A stretch of 42,503 nucleotides of DNA. Source: Candidatus Binatia bacterium. GTDB lineage: Bacteria > Desulfobacterota > Binatia > UBA9968. Where the stretch lies: contig DATBEY010000129.1 of assembly GCA_036558765.1 (NCBI GenBank), positions 1-42,503 on the forward strand, in the 5' to 3' direction. This document shows positions 1-10,250 of the stretch, piece by piece. The translations under genes were made by a program, and so were the position numbers. The notes beneath the pieces were generated by a model. The model did not search any database and was not told the DNA's origin. It saw nothing but the letters and a program-made list of their open reading frames with translations. Numbering within the stretch: the stretch's first letter is position 1; each line of letters begins with the position of its first letter.

Positions 1-2
1 AA

Positions 3-329
3 ACTGACGAAGACCGTGGGGGGAAAATATCGCTGCGTATCGATAGCACCGATCTGGCGCGTCTCGACGCGCAGGGGCAGAGAAAGCGCGGAGAGTCTGG
101 ATCAAGAGCGCAGACGGTGCTCAAACTGTCTCAACTATTACGCACTCTGGGGGATCATTTGGACAGAGCTGAGGTGAGCGCATTTCATATCGCCTGGCTA
201 CCCTACTCGGTCACCGTCGAATATGAAGAGCTCCGGGGTCACACCGATTCGAGAACTTTCACCGCGGAAAAACTGCAACAGCTGGGTTTGCATTCGAGAT
301 TTCGCCGGGGAAACCACAGGAACTGGTGA
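3..329 (+). CDS. 3' end of a hypothetical protein (open from the window edge)
   Basis: Frame 3 is open from nt 3 to the TGA at 327-329. The track ORF 117..329 starts at an internal GTG. No recognisable motif. Confidence 0.3.
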   Translation, partial: TDEDRGGKISLRIDSTDLARLDAQGQRKRGESGSRAQTVLKLSQLLRTLGDHLDRAEVSAFHIAWLPYSVTVEYEELRGHTDSRTFTAEKLQQLGLHSRFRRGNHRNW

Positions 330-483
330 TCAGAATAAGCCACTGTCGAGCTTACGTAGATTAAATTCGAGGCCAATCATCCGGGGCCGGAGTTATTTAC
401 GATGCCGCGGCTCCATTCCGGGCGTGTCACTGTCCCTTGTTACGCGAGTATCGGCGCGTTCTGAAGCGCGCATAAGTCATCGC

Positions 484-1767
484 TCAGTGGCCTGCGGGTG
501 CCGCGCCAAAATAGTTTTGCCAGGCGAGATGAAGCAGATCAGTAGAAAGCTCCATAGGAATATTCTCGTACTTGCAAAGATCGGCGCAGCGCTGAATCAA
601 ATCGCGCGGCTCGCAAGCGCGGAGCGGCCGCTTGTCCACTTCGTATAGCCGAAATAAGTATTCGATGTATTTGGCGTGATATTCGAAGCCCATCGAGCGG
701 GCATATTGCTCAAAAATCATCGTGTACATCTGCCGATCCGGCGGAGTTATGTAGAGACGATAGCCCATGCGGCGAAGGAAGGCGTCATCCACCAGATCGC
801 TCGGATCGAGGTTAGTTGCGAAAATCAGGAGCTGCTCGAAGGGTACTTCGATCTTCTTTCCGGTATGGAGCGTCAGGTAATCGATTCGCCCCTCGAGAGG
901 AACAATCCAGCGATTGAGAAGATCATGCGGATCCACGCGCTGGCGGCCAAAGTCATCGATGACCAGAGTGCCGCCGTTCGATTTCATCTGAAACGGCGCC
1001 TCGTAAAACCGAACCGTGCTACTGTAGATCAAATCCATAGTTTCGATTGTCATTTCACCGCCAACGACGACAATCGGCCGCTTGATCTTAATCCAACGTT
1101 CGTCGTAACGATCGGTGCCGGTCACAGGGATCTGCTGGTGATTGTGTTGATCGAAGATCTTTATGACCTGGCCATCCACCTCGACCGCATAGGGGATCCA
1201 GATTTCACCGCGTTGCGCGGTGTGAAGGGCGAGGGCGATGCTGGTTTTGCCATTCCCCGACGGCCCCGTCATAAAGAGGCTCCGGCGTGAATTTGCAACT
1301 AACCCCAGCGTTTGTACGGTGCTCTCAGGCAAAACGAGTCCGGACATCGCCGAACGTACTGCCTCGGAATGAACCGGATCGCGCGCGGCGCTCTGGCGCA
1401 GCACCATTTCACTGTATGCCGGCAACGATACTGGTGCAGGGCCGATATAGCCGTTCATGTCTAAAAGCTGCTGTGCGCGTTGCCAGCCCCGATCGAGTAA
1501 TCCATAGCGATTGTTGCCGTAGCCGACTAGTCCTCGAATTTCGACAAATTTTTCGCGATAGAGATGCTGTAACAGATTTTCCGTCACCGGCATGGACAAC
1601 TTGAGCTTTTGGGCCGCACGCTCGGTGGTGCAATTGGCGTCCGCATAGACCGTTTTCAGGGTCAGGTCGGCCAGGAAACCGTAGTCGAGCTGAGTGGCCT
1701 CTGGGCTTAACGGGACTGGAGGAATGGCAGTCTCGATTCTTGAAATGACGGCTTCAGGCTTGCTCAT
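484..1767 (-). CDS. AAA+ ATPase (classical AAA clade) with an N-terminal domain of unknown function of about 170 aa
   Basis: Walker A is GPSGNGKTS, Walker B-like is LVIDDFGRQ, and ATNLDPSDLVDDAFLRRMGY resembles the classical AAA second region of homology. Start chosen at the third in-frame ATG (MSKPEAV) because GGAGG lies 11 nt upstream; the track ORF extends to 1836. Confidence 0.75.
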   Translation of the reverse strand: MSKPEAVISRIETAIPPVPLSPEATQLDYGFLADLTLKTVYADANCTTERAAQKLKLSMPVTENLLQHLYREKFVEIRGLVGYGNNRYGLLDRGWQRAQQLLDMNGYIGPAPVSLPAYSEMVLRQSAARDPVHSEAVRSAMSGLVLPESTVQTLGLVANSRRSLFMTGPSGNGKTSIALALHTAQRGEIWIPYAVEVDGQVIKIFDQHNHQQIPVTGTDRYDERWIKIKRPIVVVGGEMTIETMDLIYSSTVRFYEAPFQMKSNGGTLVIDDFGRQRVDPHDLLNRWIVPLEGRIDYLTLHTGKKIEVPFEQLLIFATNLDPSDLVDDAFLRRMGYRLYITPPDRQMYTMIFEQYARSMGFEYHAKYIEYLFRLYEVDKRPLRACEPRDLIQRCADLCKYENIPMELSTDLLHLAWQNYFGAAPAGH

Positions 1768-1931
1768 GGCGTCTTCGACCTCCATTAGTTCTATTTGCCA
1801 CAAACCTTGTGATTCCCGACACAGGCAAGCTGGCATTTTAGGGTCTCATGGGCTATTTGGCAATAAAATCTGCAGATCCGGAATAATGATGCAGCGCTTG
1901 TATTGCGGCCTATTTCCGCGCTCAGACTCGA

Positions 1932-1960
1932 TTGCAGCAGGTAAATCCTTGTGTTATATC
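1932..1960 (+). promoter_or_regulatory. Putative sigma70-type promoter for rpmE
   Basis: TTGCAG (1932-1937), a 17-nt spacer, then TATATC (1955-1960) preceded by TGT (extended -10-like). It lies 23 nt upstream of the rpmE ATG. Confidence 0.3.
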
Positions 1961-1982
1961 TTTTTTGCTACAGGTAAAACAT

Positions 1983-2198
1983 ATGAAACAAGGAATTCAT
2001 CCAGAATACAGAGTTGCGACAATAACTTGCGCGTGTGGACAAGTGGTAGAGACACGCTCGACGGCCGGCAATATTCACGTAGAAATTTGCTCCAATTGCC
2101 ATCCTTTCTTTACTGGCAAACAAAAATTGCTGGACTCAGCGGGTCGGGTAGACAAGTTCAGGAAAAGGTACGGCCTGAAGAAGCTAGCGGAGGGTTGA
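1983..2198 (+). CDS. rpmE: 50S ribosomal protein L31 (Zn-ribbon form)
   Basis: [10 protein letters not shown]-terminus, CACG...[13 protein letters not shown] cysteine motif, 71 aa. Confidence 0.95.
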   Translation: MKQGIHPEYRVATITCACGQVVETRSTAGNIHVEICSNCHPFFTGKQKLLDSAGRVDKFRKRYGLKKLAEG

Positions 2199-2234
2199 GG
2201 GGAAAATTGCTCGATTAGGCTATTTCGTCATGTG

Positions 2235-2279
2235 AAAGGGCAAAGGGTGATCGTGCTCCCTTTGCCCTTTTTCTTTTTG
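2235..2279 (+). terminator. Rho-independent terminator after rpmE
   Basis: Perfect 13-bp stem AAAGGGCAAAGGG (2235-2247) / CCCTTTGCCCTTT (2258-2270), a 10-nt loop, then TTCTTTTTG. Confidence 0.8.
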
Positions 2280-2298
2280 TCCTCCCAAGAGAGCTACA

Positions 2299-3402
2299 AT
2301 GTTAGACAAGCTGGCTGAAGTCGAAAAGCGCTATGTGGAACTGGAAGGGTTGATGTCCGATCCGCAGCTTCTCGGTCAACAACGCGAGTACTCCAAGCTC
2401 GCCAAGGAACGGGCTGAGTTGGAAGAGCTCGTTGCTTGTTATCGTGAATGGCGCAAAGTGGAGCGCGAAATACATGACAATCGCCAGCTCCTGGAGGAAC
2501 CCGATGAGGCGATTCGAGAGCTCGCGAAGCAGGAATTGATCGAGCTCCGCGAGCGTAAAGAAGCACTCGAAAATCACCTTAAAATATTGATCCTGCCGAA
2601 GGATCCCAATGATTCGCGAAACGTCATTGTCGAGATTCGTGCGGGCACCGGCGGCGACGAAGCAGCGCTCTTCGCGGCGGAGCTTTTTCGGATGTATTCA
2701 CGTTACGCCGAATCCCGCCGCTGGCGCGTAGAAATGATGAGCTCGAACCCGACAGGACTTGGCGGTTATAAAGAAATCATCATGAGTATCGAAGGGCAGG
2801 GCGCCTATTCGAGACTCAAATTCGAGGGTGGCGTACACCGCGTTCAGCGGGTGCCGGTCACCGAGGGCTCAGGCCGAATCCACACCTCGGCGGTTACTGT
2901 AGCGGTGCTGGCGGAAGCGGACGAAGTGGAAATTGCGATCGATCCGAAGGAGATTCGAATTGACGTTTTCCGCTCTTCGGGACCGGGCGGGCAAAGCGTC
3001 AACACGACGGATTCCGCCGTACGCATTACGCATATTCCGACCGGAATCGTGATTTCTTGCCAGGATGAAAAATCTCAGCACAAAAATCGCGCCAAGGGCA
3101 TGAAGATTCTGCGCGCTCGCTTGCTCGAGCGCAAGCAAGAGGAGCAACGCTCGGAAATCGCCGCGACGCGGAAGCTCATGGTCGGGAGCGGCGACCGCAG
3201 CGAACGTATTCGTACTTACAATTTTCCGCAGGGACGGCTCACGGATCATCGGATCAACTTTACTTTATACAAGCTCGATCGTGTGATGGAGGGCGAGCTG
3301 GACGAAGTCATCGACGCTCTCATCACCCACTATCAAGCCGAATCGCTCAAGGCGGCAGGGAAGCCGGACGCGGACACGAAATCAGCGGCGCCAACCGGTT
3401 GA
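2299..3402 (+). CDS. prfA: Peptide chain release factor 1
   Basis: GGQ motif ([11 protein letters not shown]), RF1-type PxT tripeptide (PVT) and a typical RF1 N-terminus (LDKL...RY.ELE). Confidence 0.95.
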   Translation: MLDKLAEVEKRYVELEGLMSDPQLLGQQREYSKLAKERAELEELVACYREWRKVEREIHDNRQLLEEPDEAIRELAKQELIELRERKEALENHLKILILPKDPNDSRNVIVEIRAGTGGDEAALFAAELFRMYSRYAESRRWRVEMMSSNPTGLGGYKEIIMSIEGQGAYSRLKFEGGVHRVQRVPVTEGSGRIHTSAVTVAVLAEADEVEIAIDPKEIRIDVFRSSGPGGQSVNTTDSAVRITHIPTGIVISCQDEKSQHKNRAKGMKILRARLLERKQEEQRSEIAATRKLMVGSGDRSERIRTYNFPQGRLTDHRINFTLYKLDRVMEGELDEVIDALITHYQAESLKAAGKPDADTKSAAPTG

Positions 3403-3408
3403 GCCGTC

Positions 3409-4293
3409 GTGAATCTTTCAGGCATTTTGATGCAAGGGGTCCGGCGACTGCAGGGAGCCGGCATTGACAGCGCTCGTCTTGATGCCGAGTTGTTGCTCGG
3501 CTGTGCGCTCGGCATCAGCCGTGAAGAGCTCATTGTCGCCGCGGCTAGAAATCTTTCTCTCGCCGAATCTGACCGCTACGAAGATCTACTCAAACGACGC
3601 CTGAATCGAGAACCGCTCGCCTACATCACCGGGCAACAGGAGTTCTGGTCGCTCGATTTTATCGTCAGCTCCGATGTGCTCGTGCCGCGGCCCGAAACCG
3701 AGCTATTGGTCGAGATCGCGCTCAAAGAGTTGGCAAATTTAGCTGACACCAAATTACCGCGAATCCTCGAGCTAGGAACCGGGAGCGGCGCCATATCCGT
3801 GGCACTTGCAACGGAATCGCCGCAGGCGCAAATATTTGCGACTGAAATCTCACCGGCCGCTCTGGCGATTGCCCGCCGGAACGCGTGCAGACATGGCGTG
3901 TCCAAAGGGATCCGGTTTTTACAAGGCGATCTCTTTACCGCGCTCGACCAAGAGCACGAAAACGATTTTGATTTGGTTGTATCCAATCCGCCTTATATTC
4001 CCCGCGGGGAGATTTCGAACTTGGAGGCTGAGGTGAGCCGTTGGGAGCCGCGTGCTGCGCTCGACGGCGGTGTTGACGGGCTCAATTTTTATCGACTGAT
4101 TGCTGAAGAAGCACCGAATTATCTGCGCCAAGGCGGCGTGGTCGCCGTCGAGATCGGCGCTACGATGAGTTCATCGGTGCTGGCGCTGTTCAGAGATAGT
4201 GCGGCTTATCTGGATACTCAGCTGCATCAGGATTATAGCGGTCGGGATCGCGTTATTATTGCGCGAACAGGTTTCGGTCCCGAGCTCGTTTAG
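3409..4293 (+). CDS. prmC: Release factor glutamine N5-methyltransferase (HemK/PrmC)
   Basis: SAM motif ELGTGSGAI, catalytic NPPY (VVSNPPYIP), and the conserved position after prfA. GTG start. Confidence 0.9.
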   Translation: MNLSGILMQGVRRLQGAGIDSARLDAELLLGCALGISREELIVAAARNLSLAESDRYEDLLKRRLNREPLAYITGQQEFWSLDFIVSSDVLVPRPETELLVEIALKELANLADTKLPRILELGTGSGAISVALATESPQAQIFATEISPAALAIARRNACRHGVSKGIRFLQGDLFTALDQEHENDFDLVVSNPPYIPRGEISNLEAEVSRWEPRAALDGGVDGLNFYRLIAEEAPNYLRQGGVVAVEIGATMSSSVLALFRDSAAYLDTQLHQDYSGRDRVIIARTGFGPELV

Positions 4294-4300
4294 GAAATCT

Positions 4301-5569
4301 GTGGATACAATTATTTTACAGGGCGGCAAAGAGCTGGCTGGAGAGGTGACGGTGAGTGGCGCAAAGAATGCTGCACTGCCAGTACTCATCTCTTCCCTTT
4401 TGACGGCAGAAGCCTGTGTCTACGAGGAAATTCCGCATCTCGCTGATATTAGGACGACTTTGAAGCTTCTTTCCGGGGTCGGCGAAAGGGTCGAGAGCGG
4501 CCGTTGGTTTGACGGCGCCGCCGAGCTGGAGCTCCAAGCCAATCGGATCGAGAAGTTCGAGGCACCGTATGATCTGGTGAAAACCATGCGCGCGTCGTTT
4601 TTGGTGCTGGGCCCACTGGTCGCCCGTTTCGGTCGGGCTCGTGTGTCGACACCTGGCGGGTGCGCCATTGGAGCACGACCAATCAATTTGCATCTAAAAG
4701 GGTTGGAGGCGATGGGCGCAAAGGTAGAGCAAAGTCATGGTTATATGGAAGTGACCGCGTCTCGGCTGCACGGCGCGAAAATTTATCTCGATCTGCCGTC
4801 CGTAGGCGCTACGGAAAACCTGATGATGGCGGCAACGCTCGCCGATGGGATTACAGTGATTGAGAATGCCGCCAAAGAGCCGGAAATCGAAGACCTGGCC
4901 CGTGCTTTAAATGCGATGGGCGCGCGAATAGAAGGGGCTGGCGGCGCGATTATTCAGGTCGAAGGCGTGAAAGCCCTGCATGCGGTCAGGCATAGAATTA
5001 TTCCTGACCGGATTGAGGCCGGCAGTTTTATCATTGCGGCAGCGCTTGCCGGCGGTGATGTGCTGATTAAAGGAGCCCGGGCCCAACATCTCGATGCGTT
5101 CTTGATCAAGCTAAAGGAAGCCGGTATCAACTTCATTGCCGATTCCGCCGGCATTCGCGTGCGCCGAGAAGGACCAATTCGGAGCGTCGATGTGACAACG
5201 CTTCCCTACCCCGGTTTTCCCACCGATCTGCAAGCGCAGTTTATGGTGCTGATGGCAGTCGCGGAAGGCGTCAGCGTGTTCACGGAAACCATTTTCGAAA
5301 ATCGCTTCATGCACGCTCAAGAACTCGACCGGATGGGCGCGCAGATCAAATTGGAAGGAAATCGCGCGGTGGTGCGCGGGGTGCGCGAACTTTCAGGCGC
5401 ACCCGTGATGGCCAGCGATCTGCGCGCCAGTGTGGCATTGATTCTGGCGGGTTTGGTCGCCAAAGGCACGACCGAGGTCTCGCGCGTGTATCATCTGGAT
5501 CGGGGTTACGAAAAAATCGAAAAAAAGCTTTCGCAAATCGGCGCTCAGATCGTTCGGGTGAGTGGCTAA
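4301..5569 (+). CDS. murA: UDP-N-acetylglucosamine 1-carboxyvinyltransferase
   Basis: [10 protein letters not shown] motif and active-site Cys in [15 protein letters not shown] start at 4301 was chosen because the track ORF (from 4199) would overlap prmC by 95 nt. Confidence 0.92.
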   Translation: MDTIILQGGKELAGEVTVSGAKNAALPVLISSLLTAEACVYEEIPHLADIRTTLKLLSGVGERVESGRWFDGAAELELQANRIEKFEAPYDLVKTMRASFLVLGPLVARFGRARVSTPGGCAIGARPINLHLKGLEAMGAKVEQSHGYMEVTASRLHGAKIYLDLPSVGATENLMMAATLADGITVIENAAKEPEIEDLARALNAMGARIEGAGGAIIQVEGVKALHAVRHRIIPDRIEAGSFIIAAALAGGDVLIKGARAQHLDAFLIKLKEAGINFIADSAGIRVRREGPIRSVDVTTLPYPGFPTDLQAQFMVLMAVAEGVSVFTETIFENRFMHAQELDRMGAQIKLEGNRAVVRGVRELSGAPVMASDLRASVALILAGLVAKGTTEVSRVYHLDRGYEKIEKKLSQIGAQIVRVSG

Positions 5570-5627
5570 GCCGTTGTCTTATTCAAAGTTCAACCGTAAT
5601 TATTCGTTGATCAAGTAAGAGCGAGCA

Positions 5628-6923
5628 ATGCCGATCAGATTAGTGAAGACCACCGACCCTGGATTCAAGCCGCTATTGGGAAGAATCCTGGAACGGCGTG
5701 GGACGAATGACGACTCGATTGAGCGGCGAGTTTCGGAAATCATCGAAACCGTCCGTCGCCAGGGCGATCGAGCGGTGTTGCGGTATACCGCTATGTTCGA
5801 TCACGTCCGTCTCAAACTGTCGACGCTCGAAGTCAAGAAGAGCGAGATCAAAGCTGCACTTAAAACATTGCCGCGTGATGACCTCTCGGCATTGCGGCTA
5901 GCGGCCGAACGGATCTCGATTTTTCATCGGCATCAGCTGCAGAAGAGCTGGCAATATCGCGACCGTCTGGGCATGACGCTGGGCCAGCGGATTGCGCCCT
6001 TAAAGCGCATCGGTATCTATGTTCCAGGGGGGAAAGCATTATACCCGTCAACCGTGCTCATGAACGCCATTCCCGCTAAGGTAGCGGGCGTTGATGAAAT
6101 CATTATGGCTTCGCCGCTCGGCGCTGGCAGTTCCATTCTTCTCGCCGCAGCGCGCCTTGCTGGTGTCGATCGAATTTTTCGAATCGGTGGAGCGCAGGCC
6201 GTGGCGGCAATGGCTTTTGGAACGCCAACGATTCCTAAGGTAGATAAGATTGTCGGGCCAGGGAACATTTTCGTGGCGACGGCCAAACGCAAGGTTTTTG
6301 GAGAAGTGAATATCGACTCCATCGCGGGACCGAGCGAGATTTTGTTGTTGGTCGATGATTCTGCCGATCCGGTCCATGTGGCGGCCGACATGCTATCGCA
6401 AGCGGAACACGACGAGCTGGCAGCGGCGCTTTGTGTCACTGCGTCCGTTTCTCTCGCTCAGCGGATCCAGACGGCGATCGCGGATCGTTTACGCAGTACC
6501 AAACGGCAGGTGATTACCATAGAGTCGCTGAAAAAATACGGGGCGATCATTGTGGCGCGTGGGACTCAAGAAATGATCGAATTGGCAAACGAGATTGCGC
6601 CGGAGCACATCGAGCTAATCGTGAAGCAACCCGAAAAGCTGGCGGCGCGCATTCATAACGCCGGGGCAATCTTTCTCGGTCCTTACTCGGCGCCGCCTCT
6701 AGGCGATTATCTTGCCGGCCCCAATCATGTACTGCCGACCGGCGGGAGCGCGCGTTTTTTTTCACCGCTCGGGACCTATGACTTTCTCAAGCGAACGACG
6801 ATCATTCGAGCCGAGCGCCGTGCCCTGAAGGCATTGGCGCCCACGATCACGCATCTGGCGAGACTGGAAGGATTGGATGATCACGCGCGCTCAGTGGAGG
6901 CGCGATTCAGGCAAGACCTATAG
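5628..6923 (+). CDS. hisD: Histidinol dehydrogenase
   Basis: 431 aa with characteristic [17 protein letters not shown] and [12 protein letters not shown] motifs. Confidence 0.95.
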   Translation: MPIRLVKTTDPGFKPLLGRILERRGTNDDSIERRVSEIIETVRRQGDRAVLRYTAMFDHVRLKLSTLEVKKSEIKAALKTLPRDDLSALRLAAERISIFHRHQLQKSWQYRDRLGMTLGQRIAPLKRIGIYVPGGKALYPSTVLMNAIPAKVAGVDEIIMASPLGAGSSILLAAARLAGVDRIFRIGGAQAVAAMAFGTPTIPKVDKIVGPGNIFVATAKRKVFGEVNIDSIAGPSEILLLVDDSADPVHVAADMLSQAEHDELAAALCVTASVSLAQRIQTAIADRLRSTKRQVITIESLKKYGAIIVARGTQEMIELANEIAPEHIELIVKQPEKLAARIHNAGAIFLGPYSAPPLGDYLAGPNHVLPTGGSARFFSPLGTYDFLKRTTIIRAERRALKALAPTITHLARLEGLDDHARSVEARFRQDL

Positions 6924-6972
6924 GCGATGGGTTGACCAGCGCGCCTATCGGAGCGAGTTCAAGGAGATCAAG

Positions 6973-7560
6973 ATGGCACGGAAAGCCAAAATCGAGCGAA
7001 AAACCAAAGAGACCGACATAAAGCTCTCGCTCGAAATTGATGGCTCGGGAAAAGCGGCGATTGAGACGGGTATGCCTTTTCTTGATCATATGCTGGATAG
7101 TTTTAGCCGGCACGGCTTTTTTGACATTGATCTTGAGGCCAAAGGCGACCTCGCGGTCGATTATCATCATACGGTGGAAGACGTCGGACTTGTTTTAGGG
7201 CAGGCGTTCAAAGATGCCCTAGGCGATAAACGCGGGATCCGGCGCTTCGGTGAGGCGAGCTGCCCCCTTGACGAAGCGTTGGCGAAAGTGGTGGTTGACT
7301 TGAGTGGACGGCCCTATCTTTCGTACGATGTAAAGATTCGCCCGGGTCGTGTGGGAGACTTCGACACCGACCTGCCGCACGAGTTTTTTGCCGCGTTTGC
7401 CAATCAGTTGGGCATGAATCTGCACATCGATGTGCCGCGCGGCGAGAATCCGCATCATATCATTGAAGCCTGTTTCAAGGCCTTCGCACGGGCGATGGAT
7501 TTTGCAACCCAAATCGATTCGCGCCTCGAAGGCGTGCTGTCGACCAAGGGGACCTTATAG
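6973..7560 (+). CDS. hisB: Imidazoleglycerol-phosphate dehydratase
   Basis: [15 protein letters not shown]-terminus and the DYHHTVED and NPHHIIEA motifs. AAGGAG lies 7 nt upstream of the ATG at 6973. Confidence 0.95.
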   Translation: MARKAKIERKTKETDIKLSLEIDGSGKAAIETGMPFLDHMLDSFSRHGFFDIDLEAKGDLAVDYHHTVEDVGLVLGQAFKDALGDKRGIRRFGEASCPLDEALAKVVVDLSGRPYLSYDVKIRPGRVGDFDTDLPHEFFAAFANQLGMNLHIDVPRGENPHHIIEACFKAFARAMDFATQIDSRLEGVLSTKGTL

Positions 7561-7594
7561 AGAGCTCGTTCAGCGGTTCAAGTCGTTTAACAAC

Positions 7595-8212
7595 ATGATT
7601 GCGATTATCGATTACGGGATGGGCAATTTGCGCAGCGTGCAGAAGGGATTCGAACGCGTTGGTTTTGAAGCCGTGGTGACGCGCGATCTCGGGCAGATTC
7701 AATCTGCACGCGGCGTGGTTCTGCCCGGCGTCGGCGCGTTTAACGCGTGCATGGAAAACCTCGGTAAACTTGGTTTGGTCGAGCCGATTCGCGACGTTGT
7801 GCGGAGTCAAAAACCATTTCTTGGAATTTGTCTGGGATTTCAACTGCTTTTTGCCGAGAGCGAAGAGTTCGGCAAGCAAAAAGGACTCGACCTTTTTCCC
7901 GGAAAAGTGGTCGGCTTTCGCGCCAATGAAAATTTCAAGGTTCCGCACATGGGTTGGAATCGGCTCGAGAAGACGAATAACTCGCCATTTCTCGAAGGGA
8001 TCTGTAGCGGCGATTACGTTTACTTCGTGCACTCGTTTCACGTCGTGCCCGAGGACCGCTCAATCGTCACGACGACGACGGATTACGGCGATCCGTTCGT
8101 CTCCAGCATTGCGACCGATCGGCTCTTTGCCTGTCAGTTTCATCCTGAAAAAAGCCAAGACTTGGGTTTGCGGATCCTCGCCAATTTCGGTCGCTTTGTT
8201 GCAAACAACTAA
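7595..8212 (+). CDS. hisH: Imidazole glycerol phosphate synthase, glutamine amidotransferase subunit
   Basis: IAIIDYGMGNLRSV N-terminus, nucleophile Cys in GICLGFQLL, and QFHPEKS. Confidence 0.95.
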   Translation: MIAIIDYGMGNLRSVQKGFERVGFEAVVTRDLGQIQSARGVVLPGVGAFNACMENLGKLGLVEPIRDVVRSQKPFLGICLGFQLLFAESEEFGKQKGLDLFPGKVVGFRANENFKVPHMGWNRLEKTNNSPFLEGICSGDYVYFVHSFHVVPEDRSIVTTTTDYGDPFVSSIATDRLFACQFHPEKSQDLGLRILANFGRFVANN

Positions 8213-8215
8213 AGC

Positions 8216-8938
8216 ATGTTGATTATCCCCGCCATTGATCTCAAAGATGGACGCTGCGTTCGTCTGTTCCAGGGAGAGATGGACAAAGAGACCATTTACT
8301 TCGAGAACCCCATCGACGCCGCCAAGCATTGGATCAGCGAGGGAGCCAGCTTTATTCACGCCGTCGACTTGAACGGCGCTATGGAAGGACGGCCGGTACA
8401 CACTAAAGAAGTGGCGGCAATCTGCCGGCTGTCCGGTTTATCCGTAGAGCTTGGCGGCGGTTTGAGATCGATTGAGGCGGTCGAAGCGGCATTTAACTTG
8501 GGCGTGGCCCGCGTGGTGATTGGTACGGCCGCGTACGAGAACGCGGCGTTTTTACGCGCGCTTTGCCAAAAGTTTCCCGAGAAAATTGTAGTCGGCATAG
8601 ACGCGCGCCAGGGAAAGGTAGCGGTGAAGGGGTGGAAACAAACCACTGCATCGAATGCTATTGAGTTAGCAAAACGCTGTGAGCAAGACGGCGCTGCGCG
8701 GCTCATTTACACGGATATTGCTCGCGATGGCACTCAAATCGGCGTCAACATTGATGAGACGTTAAAAATCGCCCGTGCGGTACGCATTCCGATCATCGCC
8801 TCCGGTGGGGTGGCGGCACTGGACCATATCCGCAACCTCTTGCCTCTGGAGAAAGAGGGTGTCGAAGGCGTAATCGTCGGAAGGGCGCTCTATGCCGGCG
8901 CTTTCAATCTCAAGGATGCCATGGAAGCAGCCAGGTAG
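8216..8938 (+). CDS. hisA: ProFAR isomerase (phosphoribosylformimino-5-aminoimidazole carboxamide ribotide isomerase)
   Basis: IIPAIDLKDGRCVRL N-terminus, (beta/alpha)8 HisA-type pattern, ASGGV near the C-terminus. Confidence 0.92.
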   Translation: MLIIPAIDLKDGRCVRLFQGEMDKETIYFENPIDAAKHWISEGASFIHAVDLNGAMEGRPVHTKEVAAICRLSGLSVELGGGLRSIEAVEAAFNLGVARVVIGTAAYENAAFLRALCQKFPEKIVVGIDARQGKVAVKGWKQTTASNAIELAKRCEQDGAARLIYTDIARDGTQIGVNIDETLKIARAVRIPIIASGGVAALDHIRNLLPLEKEGVEGVIVGRALYAGAFNLKDAMEAAR

Positions 8939-9011
8939 AGGATCGCTGTGCCTGCTTGTCTATTTTTGGCTGCCGAAGGTCAGCAACCGCCTCGCGCCCG
9001 AGCGTTACCAC

Positions 9012-9040
9012 TTGACATCGATGAGCCAATGGAGTCAAAT
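9012..9040 (+). promoter_or_regulatory. Putative sigma70-type promoter for the 9071 ORF
   Basis: TTGACA (9012-9017), a 17-nt spacer, then TCAAAT (9035-9040). Confidence 0.25.
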
Positions 9041-9070
9041 TCGCGATTGGCATTAGCCAGGAGGAAATCC

Positions 9071-9421
9071 ATGAAGAAGCAATTATCATTGGTTATAGGT
9101 ACTGTCGTTTTAGCTGGTGGTTTGTTGATCTCGGCGAATCCTAGCGTTGCTCAAGAAGCGAGCGCCCCTGGGCAGCCAAGACCGGGCTTTTTCAGTATTC
9201 TCGGCAGTATCCTTTTGACTCCACTCCAGCTAGTGTCTAAAACCGTGACCTGTGTTGGAACGCAAGTAACAGCCGCAGTACCGTACGTGGCGACGTTCGG
9301 CGTTGAAGGCGCGTACGACGGCGGCACGAACGGCAGAGACATCGGTGAAACAGCGCGGCGTTCATGCACCGGCTCGTGGATTGTGAGACCGTCACAGGTT
9401 GCGCGAGATTACGGCGAATAG
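9071..9421 (+). CDS. Small secreted hypothetical protein
   Basis: AGGAGG lies about 8 nt upstream of the ATG. Signal-peptide-like N-terminus MKKQLSLVIGTVVLAGGLLISANPSVAQE. No known motif. Confidence 0.5.
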   Translation: MKKQLSLVIGTVVLAGGLLISANPSVAQEASAPGQPRPGFFSILGSILLTPLQLVSKTVTCVGTQVTAAVPYVATFGVEGAYDGGTNGRDIGETARRSCTGSWIVRPSQVARDYGE

Positions 9422-10250
9422 GTAATTAAGAACTAGCCCTCGAGAAAGTCGGCTAGCTAAACTCATTCTGGTAAAGGCGTTCACGTTGTGGGCGCCTCAT
9501 TTCTCCTGCCTCAAGTTTCCACATGGACATTCGATTACATTGAAAACGTTGGGGCACGCTCTGTTAAAACCAACTTTGGCTGGAACTCCCCCAGGACGAA
9601 TTCAGTCTTTACGCCCCGATTTCATTGAGCGCTCGGTGTGTTTGTTTCCTAGCGGCACCGTGAGCTCCAAAAATATAACGTAATATCCCACATCCATCGA
9701 TCCACGTAACTAATTATAAAATCCCCGTGATTTGATGATTGCGGCAATTCCGGTTCCGGTGGTTGCCGTGAAACCATCATTTCTCAGCAATAGTGCAACG
9801 CAACTATTTCACCGGGTGCTGACCTTAATAGATCGAAGACTTTTTACGTCGTTCATTAACCAAGAGACCCGGACGATATTCATAACCTGATTAGAGACAA
9901 ACTCGACAACCGAAAGCAAAGACCAGTGCCATCAATAGGGCCAAGCGCGACGTAAAAAACTGCGATTTCATTCGAAAACTCCTTTTTTTCTCGACAAACG
10001 ACGCCAACAAGCATAACATCGGTATCCGCCCAAAAAGTAAATTATTCTGCCGCCAGGCAACTGTGAGAGACAAAGATCGACTCGGGGCTCCTCCTAGCGA
10101 GGTTTTTCTTCACTCATGCTCGTGGCTTCCATTAATTACTGAGACTCAGCGAGAAGCCAGTCGATAAAGTAACTAGCCGAGTAATGTCGTTTTTGTCTTT
10201 TCTTGCGAACCGAAAAGAACGCAATATGCCGGGCGTTAGTATGAACGCCT

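Noticed and set aside
4199-4300. A 34-aa upstream extension of murA, and similar extensions of hisB (6877), hisH (7430), argD (34463), argF (35727), hslU (32083) and the MFS gene (28456).
   Set aside because: Canonical N-termini, Shine-Dalgarno positions and avoidance of long overlaps with the preceding genes all favour the downstream starts given in the features.
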